DNA from: an uncultured Bacteroidota bacterium
GTDB taxonomy: Bacteria > Bacteroidota > Bacteroidia > Flavobacteriales > Flavobacteriaceae
Assembly: GCA_902594485.1 (NCBI GenBank)
Contig: CACJMJ010000001.1
Span: 6,574-70,573 of the forward strand
DNA: 64,000 nucleotides
Direction: 5' to 3'
The translations under genes were made by a program, and so were the position numbers. Of the stretch, positions 35,382 through 44,699 are shown piece by piece (the first letter of the stretch is position 1; each line of letters begins with the position of its first letter). The notes beneath the pieces were generated by a model. That model was not told the DNA's origin and did not search any database. It saw nothing but the letters and a program-made list of their open reading frames with translations.

Positions 35382-36572
35382 TCAGTTAATGGCAGCTTGA
35401 ACCTTTGTAGCTGCCTCATCAAATGCAGTAGCTGAAAGAACATTTAACCCTGAGTTATCTATTATTTCTTTAGCCTTATCTGAATTAGTACCTTGAAGTC
35501 TAACTATTATGGGCACATTAATATTATCTAAATTCTTATAAGCAGAAACAATACCCTCTGCCACCCTATCACACCTTACTATACCGCCAAATATGTTTAC
35601 CAAGATTGCTTTTACATTTGAGTCCTGAAGTATCAGCCTAAAAGCCTTTTCAACTCTTTTTGAATCAGCAGTTCCACCAACATCAAGAAAGTTTGCTGGC
35701 TCTCCTCCAGCAAGTTTTATAAGATCCATAGTAGCCATAGCTAGCCCAGCACCATTAACCATGCACCCTACATTCCCATCTAAATCAACATAGTTTAGGC
35801 CATTCTCTCTTGCTTCAACCTCAACTGGATTCTCTTCATTTAAATCTCTAAGGGATTCATAATCTTTATGTCTAAAAAGGGCATTCTCATCAATTGTAAC
35901 TTTTGAATCTACAGCAATTATTTTATCATCTGAGGCCTTGAGCACAGGATTTATTTCAAATAAAGAAGCATCTGAGTTAACATATGCATTATAAAGATTG
36001 GTAACAAATTTTGACATATTCTTAAAGGCCAAACCTTCCAGACCTAGATTAAATGCAATTTTTCTTGATTGAAAAGGCAAAATCCCAGTTCCAGGATCAA
36101 TTTCTTCATTAAAAATTAATTCCGGGGTATTTTCAGCAACTGCCTCAATGTCAACTCCTCCTTCAGTTGAATAGACTATCATATTTTTAGATGAGGCTCT
36201 GTTTAATAGAACTGATATATAAAATTCTTTTCTATCAAACTCTCCATCATAATATACATCCTCTGCAATAAGCACTTTTCTGACAAGCTTTCCATCTTTT
36301 GATGTTTGAGGAGTAATAAGGTTCATGCCTATTATATCTGATGAAATTTTTTTTACTTCTTCTAGACTCTTAGCAATTTTAACACCCCCTCCTTTTCCTC
36401 TACCACCTGCATGTATTTGAGCCTTTATTACAAATATTTTAGTTCCTGTCTCTTCAGTAAGTTTTTCTGCACATTTTACTGCTTCATCCGGTGTATTGGC
36501 AACATAACCTCTTTGGATTGAAACATTAAAGTTTTTTAGTAGTTCTTTTCCCTGATATTCATGTAAATTCAT
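35382..36572 (-). CDS. sucC: Succinate--CoA ligase (ADP-forming) beta subunit
   Basis: The N-terminus is MNLHEYQGKELL. The motifs AGGRGKGGGVK and GCMVNGAGLAMATMD are present. No sucD is adjacent. Confidence 0.95.
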   Translation of the reverse strand: MNLHEYQGKELLKNFNVSIQRGYVANTPDEAVKCAEKLTEETGTKIFVIKAQIHAGGRGKGGGVKIAKSLEEVKKISSDIIGMNLITPQTSKDGKLVRKVLIAEDVYYDGEFDRKEFYISVLLNRASSKNMIVYSTEGGVDIEAVAENTPELIFNEEIDPGTGILPFQSRKIAFNLGLEGLAFKNMSKFVTNLYNAYVNSDASLFEINPVLKASDDKIIAVDSKVTIDENALFRHKDYESLRDLNEENPVEVEARENGLNYVDLDGNVGCMVNGAGLAMATMDLIKLAGGEPANFLDVGGTADSKRVEKAFRLILQDSNVKAILVNIFGGIVRCDRVAEGIVSAYKNLDNINVPIIVRLQGTNSDKAKEIIDNSGLNVLSATAFDEAATKVQAAIN

Positions 36573-36577
36573 GGCGA

Positions 36578-36585
36578 CAAATATA
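36578..36585 (-). promoter_or_regulatory. Candidate -7 promoter box (TATATTTG) directly upstream of sucC
   Basis: The minus strand reads TATATTTG TCGCC ATG. This is an exact TAnnTTTG match 5 nt from the start codon. Confidence 0.45.
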
Positions 36586-36650
36586 ACTACAAAACTTAAG
36601 AAATTTGAATTATTTAAAATCAGATTTATATTTAAAGATTAATTCATCCT

Positions 36651-37859
36651 ATGAATATTGAAAAACTTAAAAAAGCTTCCGAAAATTTTGGAACTCCCCT
36701 TTATGTATATGATTTATCCATAATAGATAGTCAACTTAAAAAACTTAAAGAGGCATTCAAAAAATTAGACAATTATCAAATTCACTTTGCAGCTAAAGCT
36801 CTTTCTAATATTTCAATATTAAGATATATTAAAAGTCTAGGGCTAGGACTCGATGCAGTTTCAATTGAGGAAGTTAGAACAGGAATTAAATGTGGATATG
36901 ACGTTAAAAAAATTCTATTCACACCAAATGGTGTTAATTTTTCTGAAATAAAAGAGGCAATGGCATTAGGTGTAAAGATTAATCTTGATAGCCTTGAGTC
37001 TTTGATAGATTTTTCAAAAGCTTATCCCAATCAAACTGTATCGGTAAGAATTAACCCAGGAGTCATGGCAGGTGGAAATGAAAATATAAGTGTTGGGCAT
37101 TTAGATTCTAAGTTTGGAATTACTGAAGAGAGTCTAGATGAGATTGTGAAAATGGATAAGGAGAAAAAAATTAAAGTAACTACTCTTCATATTCATACAG
37201 GTAGCGATATTATTAAGAATAATCATTTTGAATTGGGAATAAGAAAAATATTTTCTATTGCACATAAATTTCAAAATATTGAAACAATCGATCTTGGAGG
37301 TGGAATTAAAATCCCCTATTTTTTTGGGGATACTGAAACTGACCTTAATAAGTACGCAGATGTCATTAATGAAGAAGTTGAAAAATTTAAACAAAAAAAA
37401 GGAAAAGACTTAAAGCTTATTTTTGAACCAGGAAAATTTTTAGTCAGCGATTCAGGATATTTTATTACTAAAGTTAATTATGTAAAAAAATCAAGCAAGA
37501 ATACTTTTGTTCAAGTCAACTCTGGCTTTAATCACTTTGTAAGACCTACTCTTTACAAATCATATCATGAAATAGTTAACTTATCTAATCCAAACGATAA
37601 AAAATTTGATTATTCAGTAGTCGGTTATATATGTGAGAAAGACACTTTTGCAGAAAATAGAGAGATATCAAGAGTTTCAAAAGGTGATTTATTATGCTTT
37701 AAAAATTCTGGAGCTTATGGATTTACTATGACTAGCAACTATAACAGCAGGCTTAAACCAACTGAAGTATGTATTTATAAAAATGAAATAAAGAAGATCA
37801 GAGAGGGCGAGAAATTTGATGACCTTTTCCGAGGCCAGATCGATATATTTAGTAAATAA
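36651..37859 (+). CDS. lysA: Diaminopimelate decarboxylase
   Basis: It is a group IV PLP decarboxylase. The PLP lysine region is HFAAKAL, and the motifs EPGKFLV and GAYGFTMTSNYNSR are present. Confidence 0.88.
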   Translation: MNIEKLKKASENFGTPLYVYDLSIIDSQLKKLKEAFKKLDNYQIHFAAKALSNISILRYIKSLGLGLDAVSIEEVRTGIKCGYDVKKILFTPNGVNFSEIKEAMALGVKINLDSLESLIDFSKAYPNQTVSVRINPGVMAGGNENISVGHLDSKFGITEESLDEIVKMDKEKKIKVTTLHIHTGSDIIKNNHFELGIRKIFSIAHKFQNIETIDLGGGIKIPYFFGDTETDLNKYADVINEEVEKFKQKKGKDLKLIFEPGKFLVSDSGYFITKVNYVKKSSKNTFVQVNSGFNHFVRPTLYKSYHEIVNLSNPNDKKFDYSVVGYICEKDTFAENREISRVSKGDLLCFKNSGAYGFTMTSNYNSRLKPTEVCIYKNEIKKIREGEKFDDLFRGQIDIFSK

Positions 37860-37961
37860 TTTTTTATTTAAACTTTTAGCTCTAGTAGTTTCTAAATGAT
37901 ATAATGATTAATTTATTGTTAAATACACAATAAGATTTATACTTTTTAAGAATATTATATT

Positions 37962-37969
37962 TAAGTTTG
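37962..37969 (+). promoter_or_regulatory. Candidate -7 promoter box (TAAGTTTG)
   Basis: This is an exact TAnnTTTG match followed by a G/C-rich CCCTG. It lies 17 nt upstream of the ATG at 37987. Confidence 0.45.
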
Positions 37970-37986
37970 CCCTGAAAATTTACAAT

Positions 37987-38694
37987 ATGAAATACATATA
38001 CACCTTTCTATTTACTACTATCCTATCATTTAATTTGCAATCCCAAGGTAACATTAACGGTGCAATTACAGGAGCAACTCAACAAGCCTTAATTGATTTT
38101 GGTAACAAATCAACAAGAGCTCCTCAACCATTGAATGTTCAAGGGACTCATTATTTTGATGCTGATTTCAATATAGCAACACTTGAATATTTTGGTAAAG
38201 AATTAAATGACACTGGTTATATGAGGTATAATGCTTTTAGGGATGAAATAGAAATGGCTGATACACCTTCTCAGTCTGAATCCGATGTAATTTTAATCAA
38301 AAGTGCAGATGTAATTCCTTTAATTAATGGTGAAAGATATGAGTATCTACCTTACAGGTTAGAGAGTGGTAATGCCTACATTGGTTATTTGATTAATATA
38401 TTTGATGGTCAGAAAGACAAGTTGTTCCTCAAGAAAAAGAAAACTTTCATGGAAGCAAAAATTGCAAGAACTTCTCTTGAAAATTCTTTCCCTCCAAGAT
38501 ATGTCGAAAGCGTTGAGCTATATATAAGTTCAAATGGAAGCACACCTGTAAAGCTAAAACAGTCAAAAAAGTCAATTATCAATTACTTTGGAGACAACTC
38601 TGATAAAGTAAAGAAATTTATCAAATCTGAGAAGTTAAAAGTAAGTGATTTAAGCTCAATTATAAAGATTTTTGAATTCGTAGAAAATCTATAG
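37987..38694 (+). CDS. Secreted protein of unknown function
   Basis: It is 235 aa with an N-terminal signal peptide (MKYIYTFLFTTILSFNLQSQ). I recognise no catalytic motif. The internal motif MRYNAFRDEIEM recalls conserved Bacteroidota hypothetical proteins. Confidence 0.5.
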   Translation: MKYIYTFLFTTILSFNLQSQGNINGAITGATQQALIDFGNKSTRAPQPLNVQGTHYFDADFNIATLEYFGKELNDTGYMRYNAFRDEIEMADTPSQSESDVILIKSADVIPLINGERYEYLPYRLESGNAYIGYLINIFDGQKDKLFLKKKKTFMEAKIARTSLENSFPPRYVESVELYISSNGSTPVKLKQSKKSIINYFGDNSDKVKKFIKSEKLKVSDLSSIIKIFEFVENL

Positions 38695-38903
38695 ATTTTT
38701 TGTTAATATGATAATATTTTGACTAAAAAATTATCATTTTATCATTATTAACCCTTTTTTAATAGAAAAATCTCGTTTTTTTTATTTTTTTTTCAATAAA
38801 CATTAGAAGTTTCTTTTTTTTTTGAATTATTGATGTAACTTAGCGTTTACGAAAAATTTAAGAAAATTTTAACAAAAATTTATTAATAACTAAATAACTA
38901 AGT

Positions 38904-41900
38904 ATGAAAAGCTTATTCAGATTACTAGTGGTTTTCTTGCTAACGGCTCAATTGTCGTTCGCTCAGAAGACAGTAACTGGTGTTGTTTCTGATCCAGATG
39001 GTCTTCCTTTACCGGGAGCTACTGTTCTAGTTCAGGGCACAACTACTGGTGTAACCACTGATTTCGATGGGAACTTTTCTGTTAATGTATCTGAAGGCCA
39101 GACTCTGGAATTCAGTTTTGTTGGTTATGAAACATCAGCAATAGCTGTTGGAGCAGGCAACGTCATTAACGTTTCACTTTCCCTAGGTAATCAACTTGAA
39201 GAAGTTATCGTAACCAGTTTAGGTATTACAAGAGAAAAACGTGCACTAGGATATGCTGTATCTGAGGTTGACAATAGTCAAATCGAAAATAGAGCTTCTG
39301 GTGATGTTGCGCGTGTACTTTCTGGTAAAGCCTCTGGTGTACAAGTAACAAATCAAGGTGGTATTTCTGGATCAGGAACAAGTGTTATAATTAGAGGTCT
39401 AAGTACCTTTAGTTCAAGTAACCAACCGTTATTCGTTGTTGATGGTGTCCCTTTCGCAAGTGATACTAACTCAATGGGTAGTTTTACCTCAGGTAACAAC
39501 GGTTCTTCAAGATTCCTAGATCTAGATCCAAATAATATTGAATCTGTTAACGTTCTTAAAGGTTTAGCTGCGGCTACACTTTATGGATCGCAAGGTAGAA
39601 ACGGTGTAGTATTAATTACTACAAAATCCGGTACTACTGCTTCAGGTATGAAAGCTCAAAAAAATGAAGTGACGGTTAACACGTCTTACTTTGTAAACGA
39701 GCTTGCCATGAAGCCAGAATATCAAATGGAGTATGGTAATGGTTTCAACCAAAACTTTGGTTGGTTCTTCTCAAACTGGGGTCCAAGTTTCCGCGAGGAA
39801 GGTCCAGCAGGATGGGGAAAACAATCACAGATTAATGGTACAGTTTCAGGTCAACCTGGATTTTTGAAACACCCATACAATAGTAACTTAAATGCGAGGT
39901 TCCTTGCAAGAGATCTTCTACCTTTAATAGGTTTATCTGAAGACTCTCTATGGGAGTGGAAGCCTTATGACAGTGTTGGTGACTTATTCCAGCCTGGAAG
40001 CATAATTAATACAAACATTAACTTCAGAGGTCAAAGTGATGACGGAAAAGTATCTTATAATGTTAACTATGGTAATTTAGATGACGAAGGGTTTACTCCT
40101 GGAAACACTCTAAGAAGAAACAACATTAGTTTCGGTGGTAGAGCTGTTTTATCAAACAAAATTACTGTTAACGGAACACTTAACTATTCATTTACTGACT
40201 TTAAAACTCCACCTATTGCTGCGGCATATAGTAGTGGTAGTTCTGATTCATCATTATATGGTAACGTATTCTATACTCCAAGATCTGTTGGTATAGGTCA
40301 ATTACCATATGCACACCCTATTACAGGAGCATCTATATATTATAGATCATCTAATGGTATACAGCACCCACTTTGGACTGTTGCAAATACTCAAGATGCG
40401 CAGGCTACTCACAGGGTTTATGGTGGTACTTCAGTTCAATATGACATCTCTGATAATTTAAACGTTCAATATAGATATGGTTATGATGTATATAGTGAGG
40501 ATAACACAAGTTATCAAAACAAGGGTGGTGTTGACGGAAGTCTTGAAACACAATCTGGATTCTACGAAAAGTGGAATAACACTGCTACAATCTTTAACCA
40601 CCAAATAACTGTTAACGGAGATTTCGAACTTGACAGTGATTGGTCTATGACTTTTAACGCTGGTGCTACATCTAATGCAAGAGAATATGATAGAAATGGT
40701 GTAAGAAGTACTGGTCAGAATGTATTTAATGTTTTAAGACATTATAACTTTAACTCTCAGGAAGAAATTGAATTTTATTCTAGAAGAAACGTACTTGGGG
40801 TATTTGCTCAAGCTTCTCTAGATTATCAAAACTACTTGTATTTAACATTAGCATCTAGAACTGACTGGGTATCTAACCTAGCAGAAGAAAATAGATCTAT
40901 TACTTACCCATCTGCAAGTATATCTTTCGTTCCAACTTCAGTTTTAGACTTTGGTAACTTACCAGTCGATTTCCTAAAGGTTAGAGCTAGTTATGGTACA
41001 TCTGCGACATATCCTACTGGATATCCAATTTCATCTGTACTTAACTTAAATACAAAAGATTATAAGATTGATGGTGTTGATGTAATTACAAACACATCTG
41101 GTTCATCTCTGGGTAACCTTGGTTTAAAGCCTGAGTTACTTGCTGAGCTTGAGTTTGGTTTAGAAGCTAATTTATTTGATAATAGATTATCTGCTGAAAT
41201 TTCTTACTTCGACAGAACAACTACTGATCTTATTATAACACAACCACTTGACCCATCAACAGGTTATACTTCTACTAGTACAAACATTGGTGAAATTAGT
41301 GCAACTGGTTGGGAAGTAGATCTTAACGCTGATTGGATTAGAGGTGATAAGTTTAACTGGAATACTAGTGTAAACTACACAACTAACCAAGCTATTGTTG
41401 AAGATCTAGGACAAAATACTGATCAAATTGTTTATGCTGGTTTCTCTACAAGAGGTAACGCTGCAATTCCTGGATTACCATTAACATCTATGATTGGAAC
41501 ATCTGTTTCAAGAGATAGCTCTGGTAGACCACTAATTGATGCTGCTGGTAGTTATGGTACAAACAACGATACAAATTACAAGACTAACAAGTATTCATTA
41601 ATTGGTGATAGTAACCCTGATTTCATTGCAAATATTGGTAACACTATTACTTATGGAAATTTATCTTTAAATGTTCTATTTAATGCTACTATTGGTGGTG
41701 ATATGTATTCAAGTTTTATTATGACACTACTTGGTAGAGGTCAGACAATTGATACTGTTGATAGAGAATTACCATATGTTTTACCTGGTGTTCTTTCTGA
41801 TGGTTCTCCAAACAATAAACAAATTGATAACGCTACAACTTACTTCGGTAACTTGATTTTAGGAGCAGACGAGTTAAGAACTTGGGATGCTAGTGTTTTA

Positions 41901-42143
41901 AGACTAAGTGAAGTTTCACTTACTTTTGACGTACCTAAAAATTGGTTAGATAAAACTCCATTTGGAGCGGCTTCTGTTTCTGCACAAGGTTTCAACCTTT
42001 GGTATGATGCTTATAACACACCTGAAGGTATTAACTATGATCCTAACATCGCCGGTCTTGGTGTTGGTAACGGTTCTGGTTTTGAATACTTCAATGGTGT
42101 AAGTGCTAGAAGATACGGTGTAAGTTTAAAATTAACGTTCTAA
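38904..42143 (+). CDS. SusC/RagA-family TonB-dependent outer-membrane transporter
   Basis: It has a signal peptide and a CarboxypepD_reg domain (VTGVVSDPDGLPLPGATVLVQGTTTGVTTDFDGNFS). The plug is IESVNVLKGLAAATLYGSQGRNGVVLITTK. A long barrel ends in ...GVSLKLTF. There is no STN signalling domain. Confidence 0.92.
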   Translation: MKSLFRLLVVFLLTAQLSFAQKTVTGVVSDPDGLPLPGATVLVQGTTTGVTTDFDGNFSVNVSEGQTLEFSFVGYETSAIAVGAGNVINVSLSLGNQLEEVIVTSLGITREKRALGYAVSEVDNSQIENRASGDVARVLSGKASGVQVTNQGGISGSGTSVIIRGLSTFSSSNQPLFVVDGVPFASDTNSMGSFTSGNNGSSRFLDLDPNNIESVNVLKGLAAATLYGSQGRNGVVLITTKSGTTASGMKAQKNEVTVNTSYFVNELAMKPEYQMEYGNGFNQNFGWFFSNWGPSFREEGPAGWGKQSQINGTVSGQPGFLKHPYNSNLNARFLARDLLPLIGLSEDSLWEWKPYDSVGDLFQPGSIINTNINFRGQSDDGKVSYNVNYGNLDDEGFTPGNTLRRNNISFGGRAVLSNKITVNGTLNYSFTDFKTPPIAAAYSSGSSDSSLYGNVFYTPRSVGIGQLPYAHPITGASIYYRSSNGIQHPLWTVANTQDAQATHRVYGGTSVQYDISDNLNVQYRYGYDVYSEDNTSYQNKGGVDGSLETQSGFYEKWNNTATIFNHQITVNGDFELDSDWSMTFNAGATSNAREYDRNGVRSTGQNVFNVLRHYNFNSQEEIEFYSRRNVLGVFAQASLDYQNYLYLTLASRTDWVSNLAEENRSITYPSASISFVPTSVLDFGNLPVDFLKVRASYGTSATYPTGYPISSVLNLNTKDYKIDGVDVITNTSGSSLGNLGLKPELLAELEFGLEANLFDNRLSAEISYFDRTTTDLIITQPLDPSTGYTSTSTNIGEISATGWEVDLNADWIRGDKFNWNTSVNYTTNQAIVEDLGQNTDQIVYAGFSTRGNAAIPGLPLTSMIGTSVSRDSSGRPLIDAAGSYGTNNDTNYKTNKYSLIGDSNPDFIANIGNTITYGNLSLNVLFNATIGGDMYSSFIMTLLGRGQTIDTVDRELPYVLPGVLSDGSPNNKQIDNATTYFGNLILGADELRTWDASVLRLSEVSLTFDVPKNWLDKTPFGAASVSAQGFNLWYDAYNTPEGINYDPNIAGLGVGNGSGFEYFNGVSARRYGVSLKLTF

Positions 42144-42161
42144 TTCAAAAATTTAAAAATT

Positions 42162-43766
42162 ATGAAAAATTTTAACAAACTTTCGATTTTAGCTTTTTCT
42201 AGTTTACTAGTATTAAGCTCATGTGAAACTACTGAGTTAGATCTTACTGTTAACCCTAATGCATTAAACCCAGCGCAGGCTAGTACTGACTTGTTTATTA
42301 ATAACATTCAAGAAGACTTTGCTTCATTTGTTGATAACATGGGTGATGTTGGTGCAAGACTTACAAGAGTCGCGTACCTAGGAGGTGACAGAATGTATAG
42401 AGATAATTATTCTCCAGGTTCATTCTCTGGTGCGTGGTCAAGCGCTTACCAAGGTATGATGGAGGATATTAGATTAATGAATATTCTAGCTTCTGAAAAC
42501 GGTCTTACTTATTACATTGGAATGGGTCAGGTTATGCAAGCTTATATTATGTTAACTCTAGTAGACTACTTTGGTGATGTTCCTTATACTGAAGCATTAC
42601 AAGGTTCTGAGAACCTGAATCCTGCTGCTGACTCAGGTCAGTCAGTTTATAATGCTGCAATTGGTTTACTTGATTCTGCAATTAGTAACTTTAATCAAGG
42701 TGGTGCTACTCCACAGTACGATATGTACTACGGAGGTAATGCTGCTGGATGGATTAAAGCTGCAAACAGTATCAAGAAAAGAGCATACCTTAACCTAGGT
42801 GATTATTCAAGTTATAACGCTATTACTAATTATATTACTGATAGTGCAGATGATTTTGAATTCAAATGGGGTACAAATGCAATTAATCCTGATACTAGAC
42901 ATCCAATTTACAGATATAACTACTCTAATACTGGAGCTGGTGACTATCAGTCTAACTGGATGATGGATCGTTTAATGAAAGGTAGAAACGGTGTAAGAGA
43001 CCCTAGAATACTTTACTTGTATTATAGAAATGTTTCTGAAACACCTGGTGCTGATGGACCTCCTAACGAAGTTCAGATTGAATGTTCAACACCTGGTTAC
43101 TATATCGAGCCTCACAGGGTTGCTTATGGATTGTACTGTGTACTTCCTGAGGGATACTGGGGAAGAGATCATGGAAACGATGAAGGTATTCCACCTGATG
43201 GTTTCGAAAGAACTCTAGCTGGTATATTCCCTGCTGGTGGTGCTTACGATGACCTAAGTTTTGGTGGTCTTGGTGCCGGAGATGGTGCAGGTGGTCAAGG
43301 TGTAACTCCAATTGTTGCTAACTCATGGATGCATTTTATGAATGCAGAAGTAGCAGTTATGACTGGAGGTGATCCTACAACTGAAACTTTAGCTGGTATT
43401 AGATCTCACATGAATAAAGTGGATGATATACCAGGAGCTCCTGCAATGGACCAGGCAGCAATTGATGCTTATATAGCAAACTTTGCTACTGAATGGGGTG
43501 CTGCATCTACATTAGATGGTAAGCTTGAGCTTTGGGCTGAAGAATTCTGGATTACTCAAAGAGGTAACGGAATTGATGCATATAATTCATATAGAAGAAA
43601 TGGTTATCCAAAGAATCTTCAACCTATGGTTGAACCAGATCCAGGGCCATTCCCTGTATCAATGTGGTATCCACAAAACTATGCGGCTAACAACTCTAAT
43701 GTTACTCAGAAAGCTGATTTAACATCAAGAGTATTTTGGAACACTAACGGACCAGCGGTCGATTAA
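42162..43766 (+). CDS. SusD/RagB-family outer-membrane lipoprotein
   Basis: The lipobox is VLSSC. It lies directly after SusC with an 18-nt gap. SusD-like motifs include YNSYRRNGYP near the C-terminus. Confidence 0.85.
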   Translation: MKNFNKLSILAFSSLLVLSSCETTELDLTVNPNALNPAQASTDLFINNIQEDFASFVDNMGDVGARLTRVAYLGGDRMYRDNYSPGSFSGAWSSAYQGMMEDIRLMNILASENGLTYYIGMGQVMQAYIMLTLVDYFGDVPYTEALQGSENLNPAADSGQSVYNAAIGLLDSAISNFNQGGATPQYDMYYGGNAAGWIKAANSIKKRAYLNLGDYSSYNAITNYITDSADDFEFKWGTNAINPDTRHPIYRYNYSNTGAGDYQSNWMMDRLMKGRNGVRDPRILYLYYRNVSETPGADGPPNEVQIECSTPGYYIEPHRVAYGLYCVLPEGYWGRDHGNDEGIPPDGFERTLAGIFPAGGAYDDLSFGGLGAGDGAGGQGVTPIVANSWMHFMNAEVAVMTGGDPTTETLAGIRSHMNKVDDIPGAPAMDQAAIDAYIANFATEWGAASTLDGKLELWAEEFWITQRGNGIDAYNSYRRNGYPKNLQPMVEPDPGPFPVSMWYPQNYAANNSNVTQKADLTSRVFWNTNGPAVD

Positions 43767-43777
43767 AACTAAAAAAC

Positions 43778-44647
43778 ATGAAAAAATTATTTATATATCT
43801 TAGTTTAATTACACTAGTAGTTTCTTGTTCAAAAGAATTTTCTTCTGACGAATATGGAGGGTACGAGATGATGACTGACTACATGCTTAAAGAGTATGAG
43901 CAAGGTGCTGCACTTAGACAAATTTCAAAGTCTGGTGAGTATCAAGCAGCTACTCCTGGTACGTCGGTTGTTAACTGGACACTTGAGCCACACGATAAAG
44001 AAATGGGTGGTTTAACACAAAATGTAGAAATTTATCTACAGTTTAATTCAGGTGCAGAAGTTTTATATCAGACTGTTAATAGGTCTGAAATGTATGACGG
44101 TCCTGTTGGACTACCTAGATTTGACTTTTCATTATCATTAACACAAGCACTTGGAGCATTAGGTGTTGGTAGCTTTAAAGGTAATGATGTTGTTACTGTA
44201 AGATTTCAATTAAACCTTACAGACGGAAATTCTTATTCAAGATCTTCTGTAACTGGATCAATGACAGGTTCATATTTTAGATCTCCTTTCTTATATCCAA
44301 TAGTAATTGGATGTAGATTTGATGCTAACAATTCTGGTGCAGTAGCTGGTATTTATACTATTACTGGTCAGGATAGTTGGGGAGATGGTTGGAATGGTGC
44401 TACATTAAAATGGACAATTGATGGTGTTACTACATCATGGACTGTTGCTGGAACAGATGGGACGACTTCGTTCACAGTTCCTGCAAGCGCTTCAACTTTC
44501 GGATTCGAATTTACTTCGGGAGACTGGGATAGTGAAATTACTTATCAAGTTAACTGGACAGGTTTAGATGGTTCTGGATCTCAAACTGCTTTATCGGACG
44601 GTACAAGTCCTGCAGTAGGATTCAAGGCTATGAATATTTGTCAATAA
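43778..44647 (+). CDS. Surface-type lipoprotein of unknown function in the SusE/F position
   Basis: The lipobox is LVVSC. It lies 11 nt after susD. The C-terminal half is W/G/T-rich (SWGDGWNGATLKWTIDG...GDWDSEITYQVNWTG). I could not assign a family. Confidence 0.6.
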   Translation: MKKLFIYLSLITLVVSCSKEFSSDEYGGYEMMTDYMLKEYEQGAALRQISKSGEYQAATPGTSVVNWTLEPHDKEMGGLTQNVEIYLQFNSGAEVLYQTVNRSEMYDGPVGLPRFDFSLSLTQALGALGVGSFKGNDVVTVRFQLNLTDGNSYSRSSVTGSMTGSYFRSPFLYPIVIGCRFDANNSGAVAGIYTITGQDSWGDGWNGATLKWTIDGVTTSWTVAGTDGTTSFTVPASASTFGFEFTSGDWDSEITYQVNWTGLDGSGSQTALSDGTSPAVGFKAMNICQ

Positions 44648-44670
44648 TTTGATAAATTAATATTTTAAAA

Positions 44671-44699
44671 AGGAGGTTTTTTAACCTCCTTTTTTTTTA
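44671..44699 (+). terminator. Rho-independent terminator closing the SusC/D locus
   Basis: The hairpin is AGGAGGTT-TTTT-AACCTCCT, followed by a T9 run and preceded by an A-run. Confidence 0.8.

Noticed and set aside
43030-43311. Overlapping alternative-frame ORFs (62 aa on + and 82 aa on -) inside susD, and a 68-aa ORF at 43516..43722.
   Set aside because: They are explained by the locally higher G+C, which reduces AT-rich stop codons in off-frames. The His/Gln-rich translations look non-biological.
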